From Candidatus Rokuibacteriota bacterium (GTDB taxonomy: Bacteria > JAUVQV01 > DATDCY01): a stretch of 20,000 bases of DNA. Of the stretch, positions 1 to 7,313 are shown piece by piece. Every line of letters starts with the position of its first letter. Position 1 is the first letter of the stretch. Position numbers and translations under genes: made by a program. The stretch spans positions 51,605 to 71,604 of the forward strand of contig JANOHV010000005.1 of assembly GCA_031406795.1 (NCBI GenBank), read 5' to 3'. Under the pieces are notes generated by a model that was not told the origin of the DNA, did not search any database, and saw only the letters and a program-made list of their open reading frames with translations.

Positions 1-1087
1 GGGCGCGGCGCAGCTCCGGGTCGCCGGCCAGCAGGTCGACGGACGCGGAGTACTCGAGGAAGTCACGGAACCAGAGCCCCCCCCCGCTGCGGCGGCAGTG
101 CCCGACCGTCACGGCGCAGCCGGCGTGCACCAGCACCGGCACCTCGTTGAGCCAGGACTCCATGATGACCCGCGAGAAGCTCTCGTTCACCGAGGGCTGG
201 CAGAGCGCGAGCGCCCCGGCGCAGGCGTCCATCTTCCCCTGCTCGTCCGGGACCCCCGTGGGCAGGAACACCGGTTCGTCGGGCGGGATCGCCAGCGGGC
301 CGCTGCCGAGCAGCACCAGCCGCTCGGCTCCCGCGCGCAGCCGCGCCCGCTCGCGCGCGTACGCCATCAGCAGGTGGGTGTTCTTCCCGCGGTCGAGCCG
401 CCCGACGTACAGCACGTACGGCTCGCGCACCCCGCTCTTTTCCCGAAAACGCCCCGCGTCGCCGCGCAGGTGCGTGTCGATCCCGCCGCCGGTCACTCGC
501 CCCGGCGGGGTCTTGCCGCAGGCCTGCCGCGCCACGGCGGCCTCCTCAGGAGTGAAGAAGAGCGAGCCGCGGACGCCGAGAAGCACCCGGCGCGTGACCC
601 CCAGATAGGCGTAGCCTTCGTCGTGCAGGCAGGGGATCAGCAGGCTGCGATCGGGTCGCACCGCCGCACCGGCGAGCGTCGTGCCGTACAGGTAGGGGGT
701 GAACACGAAGAAGTAGCGCTCCGCGTATTCCGCGATGAAGCGGTACAACGCGCCGCTGTTGATGCTCTCGCGGACGAACGCGTCCTCGAGCTGCGCGTTC
801 GTGGGCGCTCCCGAGAGCAGAACCTGTATGGCGGCGGCGAAGCGCCCCTCGTCGCGCGCATCGACCGCGAAACGGCGCACGGTGATCCCCTCGCGCTCGG
901 TGACGCCGGGGGCGTGATGGTTCTCGTCCCAGCGGTGCAGGAAGGAGCGCGAGCAGGTGGTGAGGATCTCGACGCGGCAACCGCGACGCGAGAGCTCGCG
1001 CGCGGTCTCCCACCCCTGCAGTTCGGCCCCGCCGCGGACCTCGTCGCCGAACCAGGGCACGACGAAAGCGAGCGTCACCCCCGTCAT
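1..1087 (-). CDS. GT4-family glycosyltransferase, 3' end outside the window (missing from the ORF track)
   Basis: Manual translation from ATG at 1087 (ATGA overlap with upstream stop): MTGVTLAFVVPWFGDEVRGGAELQGWETARELSRRGCRVEILTTC...RSLLIPCLHDEGYA...YVLYVGRLDRGKN...QPSVNESFSRVIMESW...SGGGLWF, open to the window edge; GT-B E-x7-E motif; paralog of the N-terminal domain of 1696..4068. Confidence 0.9.
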   Translation of the reverse strand, partial: MTGVTLAFVVPWFGDEVRGGAELQGWETARELSRRGCRVEILTTCSRSFLHRWDENHHAPGVTEREGITVRRFAVDARDEGRFAAAIQVLLSGAPTNAQLEDAFVRESINSGALYRFIAEYAERYFFVFTPYLYGTTLAGAAVRPDRSLLIPCLHDEGYAYLGVTRRVLLGVRGSLFFTPEEAAVARQACGKTPPGRVTGGGIDTHLRGDAGRFREKSGVREPYVLYVGRLDRGKNTHLLMAYARERARLRAGAERLVLLGSGPLAIPPDEPVFLPTGVPDEQGKMDACAGALALCQPSVNESFSRVIMESWLNEVPVLVHAGCAVTVGHCRRSGGGLWFRDFLEYSASVDLLAGDPELRRA

Positions 1088-1617
1088 TCCGGCACCGCCG
1101 CGCGTCCGTCGGGCTCGATTCGGGAACGCAGGCCGTCGATTTCGGCCTGCAGCTCCCGGTTGCGGCACTCCAGATCGTGGAGGCGGCGCGCCATCGTCTC
1201 GTTGTCGGCCTCGAGCGACTGCACGCCGCGGCAGGCGCCGGTGAGCAGCCGCACAACGGCGCCGTTGAACTCCGCCTGCCGCGCCAGGGTCACCGCCGCC
1301 ACGGGGCGGGCGAGGCGGTGCAGCACGCGCTTGGCCGCGACAATGAGGGCACCGATCCCGCCGCGGTGCGAGCTGAATGGGTACGGCCCGAGCGGGTCCC
1401 ACGAGGAATGCACTCGGGCGAGATCGTCGGACGGTGCCGGCCCGAAGTCGGTCCGCTCGCGCGGCTCATGCTCGACGCGGCGCAGCGCCGCGAGATCGGC
1501 TCGCCCGTACTCCCCCCGGCGCAGCTTGCCGGCGATGCCGGCGCGCACGCGCTGCATGATGGCGTCCACGTCGGGAACCGGCGCGCTCCCGGCGCCATCC
1601 TTGAACGGCACGCTCAT
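1084..1617 (-). CDS. Hypothetical helical/coiled-coil protein; stand-alone homolog of the N-terminal domain of the methyltransferase at 4068..5351
   Basis: ATG at 1617 with GGAGGTG SD at 1627-1633 (ORF track starts at GTG 1650); motif SSHRGGIGALIVAAKRVLHRLARP...LARQAEFN followed by a heptad-like C-terminus; ATGA overlap with downstream GT. Confidence 0.85.
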   Translation of the reverse strand: MSVPFKDGAGSAPVPDVDAIMQRVRAGIAGKLRRGEYGRADLAALRRVEHEPRERTDFGPAPSDDLARVHSSWDPLGPYPFSSHRGGIGALIVAAKRVLHRLARPVAAVTLARQAEFNGAVVRLLTGACRGVQSLEADNETMARRLHDLECRNRELQAEIDGLRSRIEPDGRAAVPE

Positions 1618-1695
1618 GATCGCCTGCACCTCCCCCCGCCCCGTCGCCACGGCGAGTGTACCTCAGGAGCCGGCCGGAGAGGACGTGCCTTCACC

Positions 1696-4068
1696 TCAGC
1701 CCAGCTCCAGGCCGAGCCGCGTGCGGAGCACCTGGCGCAGACGCTCTTGCACGATGTCGGGCCGGAAGGCCTCCAGCCGCTCCCGGGACCGCTGCCCGAG
1801 CGCCGTGCGCAGGGAGACGTCGCCGAGCACGCGCGCCAGCAGCTCCGCGGTGGCGAACGGGTCGGGGTCCGCCAACAGGATTCCGCCGGAACCGAGGGTG
1901 CCGGGCACGCCGGCGGCGGCGCGGGCCACGATGGGCAGTCCGAAGTGCATGGCCTCCACCAGCGGCACGCAAAAGCCCTCGTGGGCGCTCAGGCACAGGT
2001 AGAGGTCGGCCGAACGGTAATATGCGCTGAGCGCGGCGTTGGACACGTGGCCGGTGAAGTACACCCCGGGGACGCCCAGTTCGCGCGTGAGCCTCCTGAC
2101 CCCCTGGGCATAGGGGTTGGTCTCCCCGCCCCCCACGACGAGCAGGCGCGCGAGTGGCAATGCGCGGGTCAGCCAGTGGTGCGTCTTGATCACGTCCTCG
2201 ATCCGCTTGTTCGGCACGAGACGGCCGACGTGCAACACCGTCGGGCGCTCGTCGCCGAAGCGTGCGAGCAGCCGGGGGTCCGGAGCGGTTTTGAGTACCG
2301 TCAGGTCCAGCAGGATCGGGACCTCCTCGACGGCGGCGCACCCGGCCTCGGTCAGTTCGGCGCAGTTGAAGGCGCTCACGCCCACGCCGAGTTCCACCGC
2401 TGCGGCCAACCCGGGGAGCTGCCGCCGCCCCAGGCGCGCCCGCTCGGCTCCGTCGGGGTAGACGCCATCGAGAAAGTGGGCCGGGGTGATGTTGTGATAG
2501 CGCAGCACCTTGCGCCCCGGCAACCCGGGGAGCGCATCGGCCAGCGGGTGACCGATCGAGAAATGAAAGATGAGCACGTCGTCCGCTCCGGCCTGCGGGC
2601 CGTATTCCTCGACGGGGCGGACCAGTTCGCGCAGGCGCGGCTGGTAGTGACAGGCGAAGATCTCCGAACGCACGCCCCAAGACCTGAGCGCTTTCTGGAT
2701 CGCCAGGACCTCGTTCCCGATGGCGTCGCCGGCGGCGAAATCCGGCAGCATCTGGTGCACCGCGGGCCCGTCGGGCGCGCCGGCCCCGGCGGCGGGGCTC
2801 CGGCTGGTCGACGGGGCCGATCCGCATCCGGGATCGGCGCCGGCGGCGGGGGCAGGTTCGGCGTCGATGCGCTCGATCAGCCGCAGGTAGCGCTCGGTCA
2901 CCACCGGCCAGGAGTAGTTGGACAGCACGTACTGCCGGCCCGCGGCGGCCAGTGCGGCGCGCAGGTCCGGGCGGGCGAGCAGGAGGTCCAGGCACTCGGC
3001 GAAATGCGGGTAGTCGGCGAAGTGCAGGCCGCCGCCGGAGGCCTCGACGTGCCCGCGGGTGACCGCGCAGCCCGTGCGGACCAGAGCGGGGGTGCCGGCG
3101 AGCCAGGCTTCCATGAGGACGATGGAGAAGCTCTCCATCAGCGAAGGCTGCACGAAGATGTCGGCCGCGGCGTAGGCGTCGTGTTTGTCCTGCGGAGCGA
3201 GGAAACCCAAGTCGATCACGCTCCGCTCCCCGCCCGCGGGGATGGCGACGGTGCCGGGACCGATCAGCGCCAGTTTGAGCCCGTCCGCGCCGCCGCGATC
3301 GGCCAGGTAGCGCAGGAAGTACCGCACCAGCAGCGGCGTGCCCTTGCCTTCTTCCTTGCGCCCGGCGTACAGCAGCAGCGGGCCGTCCAGGCCGTACGAG
3401 CGGCGGAAACGCCCGGCGTCGGCGCTCCAGTCGGTCGCGATCCCAACGCCGAGAACCAACGCTTCGCCCCGGGCGTGCCCGTACAGCATTGTGGCCAGGT
3501 CGCGCTCGGCGGGATCATTGAAGGCGAGCGCCCGCGCGCTCTCGAAAGCCCGACGGACCGCCTTTGTCCGGGCATAGCCCTCGTCGTGCAGGCACGGAAT
3601 CAGCACGCTCCTGGCCGGATGGACAAGAGCGCCGTACACGGAAGTGGCGAACAGGTAGGGAATGAAGAAGAACGGACCCAGTTCCGGGTGGCCGGCCAGG
3701 TGCCGGAGCAACGCCGGACTGTGCGCCATGTTGTCGAAGAAGTCGTGCTCCTCCTCATCGCTCAGGGGTTCGCCGGCCATCACCCGGGGCTGGAGCAGGC
3801 AGAACCGGCCGCGATTGCGCCTCGCGGTCGGGAATCGCACGATGCGCACCCCCGATTCAAGCGACTCGCCGACAGGGTAGCGATCGAGATCCCAGTCGGT
3901 GGCGGGCCCGCCGAGACAGGTGGTGAGGACCGTCACTTCGACGCCCGCGGCGGCCAGGTGCTGCGCGGTGGCTCGGGCCTCGGCCTCGGCTCCACCGGGG
4001 ATGTCCTCGCCGTACCAGGGCGTCACGAAGCAAGCGCGCAGGCGCCGGCCGGGCACTGCCGACGACAC
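1696..4068 (-). CDS. Two-domain GT4-GT4 glycosyltransferase (WbdA-like multi-GT4 architecture)
   Basis: 790 aa; two complete GT-B units (PWYGEDIPGGAE...YAGRKEEGKG...PSLMESFSIVLMEAW and HQMLPDFAAGDAIGNE...HVGRLVPNKRIE...SAHEGFCVPLVEAM) joined by a Pro/Ala/Gly-rich linker; GTG start overlaps upstream TAG by 1 nt. Confidence 0.92.
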   Translation of the reverse strand: MSSAVPGRRLRACFVTPWYGEDIPGGAEAEARATAQHLAAAGVEVTVLTTCLGGPATDWDLDRYPVGESLESGVRIVRFPTARRNRGRFCLLQPRVMAGEPLSDEEEHDFFDNMAHSPALLRHLAGHPELGPFFFIPYLFATSVYGALVHPARSVLIPCLHDEGYARTKAVRRAFESARALAFNDPAERDLATMLYGHARGEALVLGVGIATDWSADAGRFRRSYGLDGPLLLYAGRKEEGKGTPLLVRYFLRYLADRGGADGLKLALIGPGTVAIPAGGERSVIDLGFLAPQDKHDAYAAADIFVQPSLMESFSIVLMEAWLAGTPALVRTGCAVTRGHVEASGGGLHFADYPHFAECLDLLLARPDLRAALAAAGRQYVLSNYSWPVVTERYLRLIERIDAEPAPAAGADPGCGSAPSTSRSPAAGAGAPDGPAVHQMLPDFAAGDAIGNEVLAIQKALRSWGVRSEIFACHYQPRLRELVRPVEEYGPQAGADDVLIFHFSIGHPLADALPGLPGRKVLRYHNITPAHFLDGVYPDGAERARLGRRQLPGLAAAVELGVGVSAFNCAELTEAGCAAVEEVPILLDLTVLKTAPDPRLLARFGDERPTVLHVGRLVPNKRIEDVIKTHHWLTRALPLARLLVVGGGETNPYAQGVRRLTRELGVPGVYFTGHVSNAALSAYYRSADLYLCLSAHEGFCVPLVEAMHFGLPIVARAAAGVPGTLGSGGILLADPDPFATAELLARVLGDVSLRTALGQRSRERLEAFRPDIVQERLRQVLRTRLGLELG

Positions 4069-5351
4069 TATTTGCGCCCCACCACCGCGTAATCCAGAGG
4101 ACCGTAGATCAACTCATTGAGGCGCGAGACGTTGCGATTGAACGCGCCGGCGACCTCGGGTGCGTCCGTACCGCCCGGCAGCATCTCGAGCTTGTGCTCG
4201 GGCGCCATGGCCGAGAGGTACAGGATCTGCACATCGCCCAGCCCGGCCCAGCGCCACAGGAAGCGGGCGGCCTCGGGGTGCACGGGCTTGTTGTGCGTCA
4301 GATCGACGTAGAACGCCCCGGCGAACGTGCTCAGGCTCTGGGGGTTGACCGTCTCGGCGACGAGGGTGCCGCCGGGGGCAAGTTTCTCGGCGCACAACGA
4401 CACGAGCTCGCTCAGCTGGTCGAGATCCAGATGCTCGATGACCTGACTCAGCAGGATCCCCCCGAGCCCGCCGGGCGGCAGGGCGCGCAGGTAGGTCAGG
4501 CCGTCGGCCTCCGCCACGTCCAGCCCCCGTTCCCGGCAGAAGGCGACCATTGCGGGGTTGACGTCGACCCCGCGGGCGGGCAGACCGTTCTCGCGGCAAA
4601 GTTCGAGGAATTCGCCCCGGCCGCAGCCGAGGTCCAGCAGCGGCGCCTGCGGGCCGATCGAGCGCTGAAAGTGCGGGAGATAGACCGACTGCCGGCGCTT
4701 GATCTCCTCGCGCGTCCCGCGGTGCAGATCCTCGAAGGCCAGGTAGGCGGCGCCCCGGTTGGCGGCGCGGACCTCGGCCACTTCCCTGGCCGCTCCGGGA
4801 GCCAGCCGGCCGGCCGGGGACTGATCCTCGACGAGGCGCTGCAGGCGCGCCAGAAGCGCCTCGGCCTGCGCGTTGCCGGAGTACAGCCGCCGCTCCAGCG
4901 CGGTCAACCGGGCCTCGACGTCGCTGAAGCGATCCTCGGACTGGTCCAGGCGCAGGCGCAGCGCGGTGACCTGGGAGAGCAGAAGGTTCTGCAGCCGGGC
5001 GCTGTGATTGTTGAAGGCCGTCTGCCGCGCCAGCGCGACGTTCAGATAGGGTCGGGTCAGCCGGTGCATCAACCGCTTCGCGCCAACGACCAGCCGGCCC
5101 GCGAGTCCCGCCCGGTGGGTGCTGATGTCGCAGACCTTGGCGTCCCAGGTTTCCCGCAGATACGCGGCCAGTCCCGCCATCGCCGCCGCGTCCGGATCGA
5201 GCTGCAGGGTCACCGCGGCGTCCTCGACCCGGCGGATTTCAGCGGGGTTGTACAACCCCCGGGATTTCTTGGCGATGACCGCGGCGTCCACCTCGGCCAA
5301 CAGCGCCGCCACGTCGGGCCGGGAAGGCGCTTTCGGATCGTCCGCGCTCAT
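4068..5351 (-). CDS. Class I SAM-dependent methyltransferase, WbdD(O8)-like polysaccharide chain terminator, with N-terminal helical/coiled-coil domain
   Basis: YLAFEDLHRGTREEIKRR..YLP, LLDLGCGRGEFL (SAM motif I), VIEHL, ETVNP, FYVDLTHNKP, GPLDYAVVGRK; ATG 5351 preferred over GTG 5360 because of GGGAG SD at 5362-5366. Confidence 0.85.
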   Translation of the reverse strand: MSADDPKAPSRPDVAALLAEVDAAVIAKKSRGLYNPAEIRRVEDAAVTLQLDPDAAAMAGLAAYLRETWDAKVCDISTHRAGLAGRLVVGAKRLMHRLTRPYLNVALARQTAFNNHSARLQNLLLSQVTALRLRLDQSEDRFSDVEARLTALERRLYSGNAQAEALLARLQRLVEDQSPAGRLAPGAAREVAEVRAANRGAAYLAFEDLHRGTREEIKRRQSVYLPHFQRSIGPQAPLLDLGCGRGEFLELCRENGLPARGVDVNPAMVAFCRERGLDVAEADGLTYLRALPPGGLGGILLSQVIEHLDLDQLSELVSLCAEKLAPGGTLVAETVNPQSLSTFAGAFYVDLTHNKPVHPEAARFLWRWAGLGDVQILYLSAMAPEHKLEMLPGGTDAPEVAGAFNRNVSRLNELIYGPLDYAVVGRK

Positions 5352-5383
5352 CGTGTCCACGCTCCCGGGATGCCGGACTCCGC

Positions 5384-6538
5384 CTAGAGCGGCGACATCT
5401 CCCGCAGTCTGCCGATGATCCCGGGCAGGTGCGTCATCAGCTGTTCGATCTCGCTCAGGGTGTTGTCGCGGCCGAGCGAGAAGCGGATCGCACCGCGCGC
5501 CTCCAGCGCCGTGCGGCCCATAGCGGTGAGCACGTGCGAGGCCTCCTGGTCTTCGGAGCTGCAGGCCGAACCGGTGGAGACCGCGAAGCCCTGCTGGTCC
5601 AGCAGCAGCAGCGCGGACTCAGCCTCGATGCGCGGGAAAGAGACGTTCAACGTGTTCGGCAGCCGCTCGGTCGGGTGGCCGTTGAGCCGCACGTCGGGGA
5701 TCTGCGCCCGGATGCGCGCCCAGAGGTCGTCCCGCAGCGCGGTCAGGTGCGCCGCCTCGGCGTCCAGTTCCAGCCGCGCCAGTTCGGCGGCCTTGCCGAG
5801 GCCGACGATCCCCGAGGTGTGTTCGGTGCCGGCGCGGCGCCCGATCTCGTGGCCGCCGCCGTGCATCAGCGGGTCGATCGCGACGCCTTCGTGGATGTAG
5901 AGCACCCCGACGCCCTTCGGACCGTAGATCTTGTGCGCCGAGATCGAGAGCAGATCGACGCCCCAGTCGGCCACCGGCGTCGGGATCTTGCCGACCGCCT
6001 GCACCGCGTCGGTGTGGAAAAGCACGCCGCGCTCGCGGCAGATGCGGCCGATGGCCGCGACGGGGTTGATGCTGCCGCTCTCGTTGTTGGCGGCCATGAT
6101 CGACACCAGCACCGTCGCAGGGGTGATCGCCGCGCGCACCGCCTCGGGATCGACCAGCCCGTCGGCGTCGACGCCGAGATACGTCACCGAGAAGCCGAGG
6201 CGCTGCTCGAGCCAACGGCAGGTGTGCAGGACCGCATGGTGCTCGACGCGGGAGGTGACGATGTGCGTCCCCTTGCCGCGCAGCGCGAACGCGGTCCCCT
6301 TGAGCGCGTGGTTGTCGCTCTCGGTGCCCCCGGAGGTGAACACCACCTCGACCGGGCAGCAGCCGAGCAGCGCGGCGACCCGGGCGCGGGCCTCCTCGCG
6401 CAGCGTCCGCGGGCCGCCGCCGCAGGCGTGGACGCTCGAGGGGTTGCCGAACTGCTCGCGGAACATCGGCAGCATGGCCTCGATTACCTCCGGCCGGACC
6501 GGCGTCGTCGCATTGTGGTCCAGGTACACGGGTTTCAT
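5384..6538 (-). CDS. nifS: Group I cysteine desulfurase (NifS/IscS family)
   Basis: MKPVYLDHNATTP, GNPSS, FTSGGTESDN, HTDAVQAVGK, SAHKIYGPKGVG (PLP lysine), STGSACSS (catalytic Cys); AGGAG SD at 6546-6550; 384 aa. Confidence 0.95.
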   Translation of the reverse strand: MKPVYLDHNATTPVRPEVIEAMLPMFREQFGNPSSVHACGGGPRTLREEARARVAALLGCCPVEVVFTSGGTESDNHALKGTAFALRGKGTHIVTSRVEHHAVLHTCRWLEQRLGFSVTYLGVDADGLVDPEAVRAAITPATVLVSIMAANNESGSINPVAAIGRICRERGVLFHTDAVQAVGKIPTPVADWGVDLLSISAHKIYGPKGVGVLYIHEGVAIDPLMHGGGHEIGRRAGTEHTSGIVGLGKAAELARLELDAEAAHLTALRDDLWARIRAQIPDVRLNGHPTERLPNTLNVSFPRIEAESALLLLDQQGFAVSTGSACSSEDQEASHVLTAMGRTALEARGAIRFSLGRDNTLSEIEQLMTHLPGIIGRLREMSPL

Positions 6539-6562
6539 CAATGCACTCCTCTCAACCGTCTT

Positions 6563-6691
6563 GCGCAGGGTGTCGAGAATGGTCTGGATGCAAGGCGCGC
6601 GACGATCCGGCGACTGAGGCGGGCTGGTGCCCGCCGCAGGGAGCCGGTAGGAGCGGAACGCAGCAGACGGGCCATTATCGGCGGCCTGCGC
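6563..6691. mobile_element. ~129-bp palindromic MITE/REP-like element
   Basis: 29-bp imperfect terminal inverted repeat (6563-6591 vs 6663-6691: 21 Watson-Crick pairs plus 4 G-T pairs on the + strand); internal hairpin GGCGGGC-TGGT-GCCCGCC; abuts the ferredoxin stop codon. Confidence 0.7.
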
Positions 6692-7107
6692 TACAACGCC
6701 GTTTGCATGGCGTGGGGGGGGCAGGCCGGGATGCACATCTCGCAGGCGATGCACTTTCCCGCGTCGAAACTCACGACCCAGCTCTCGCGATCGACGTCGA
6801 GCGCCTCGGTCGGGCAGACGGCAAGGCAGGCCCCGCAGTGGGTGCACTTGGCCTCGTTGCGGGTGACGTCGCGCTCCAGCGGCTCCACCCGCACCCCCTG
6901 CTCCTTGAGGAACCTGATCCCCTTGCGGTACTCGCCCTCCGGGCCGGAGAGGTCGAGGACGACGAGCCCCTCTTCCTGCGGCGTGACCTCGGCCTTGGTG
7001 ATCGAGAAGCAGAGGTCGAACTCCTTGGCGAGCCGGCAGACGATCGGCCGGTCCCAGATCTGTTGCGGAAAGTGCAGGACAATCTTGTGCGCAACCTGCG
7101 TGGTCAT
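6691..7107 (-). CDS. NIL domain + 2[4Fe-4S] ferredoxin (MA1822/MJ0099-like partner of aspartate-semialdehyde sulfurtransferase)
   Basis: N-terminal NIL-like region (KIVLHFP...PIVCRLAKEFDL.FSITKA.V...EGLVVLDLSG), CTHCGACLAVCP and CIACEMCIPACP motifs; AGGAGG SD; adjacent to DUF39 gene. Confidence 0.92.
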   Translation of the reverse strand: MTTQVAHKIVLHFPQQIWDRPIVCRLAKEFDLCFSITKAEVTPQEEGLVVLDLSGPEGEYRKGIRFLKEQGVRVEPLERDVTRNEAKCTHCGACLAVCPTEALDVDRESWVVSFDAGKCIACEMCIPACPPHAMQTAL

Positions 7108-7126
7108 CGTCGGTTCCTCCTGAACA

Positions 7127-7308
7127 GGCCAGGGTCATGAGTTGCCGTGCGGGCTGCGGGGTCCTGACGCTGCGGACCTCCGCCGTGTTTATGCCCCCCG
7201 AGCGGGCACTCCCTCCGGTCCGCCGACGGAGACCCCCCCTCCGCGCCACCCCTCCGCCCAGTACGTGCGACAGAAGTGACAATTCCCTCGCAGCGAACTC
7301 TCCGGGCC
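7127..7308. repeat. Intergenic nested inverted-repeat element (REP/MITE-like or structured RNA)
   Basis: GGGGTC 7158-7163/GACCCC 7231-7236, GCGGACC 7172-7178/GGTCCGC 7217-7223, TGCCC 7192-7196/GGGCA 7204-7208, plus weak outer GGCC..GAGTT / AACTC..GGCC. Confidence 0.45.
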
Positions 7309-7313
7309 ATGTT

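Noticed and set aside
2760-2865. Alternative-frame MRIGPVDQ start in the GT-GT linker, suggesting a frameshifted gene boundary
   Set aside because: The main frame is open through both domains and the alternative frame has no GT motifs
1177-4092. 971-aa + strand ORF and other long antisense ORFs (98..2002, 4194..5387, 5429..7123, 7575..8579, 9200..10402, 10648..11757, 12876..14252, 15303..16532, 16545..17747, 18649..19833)
   Set aside because: Shadow frames of well-supported genes in high-GC DNA; no recognisable motifs
7140-7225. SAM-I riboswitch-like words on the minus strand (GGAGGGAGTGCCCG, CGGCAAC)
   Set aside because: P1 AUC/GAU elements and correct spacing are missing, and it lies downstream of the first gene
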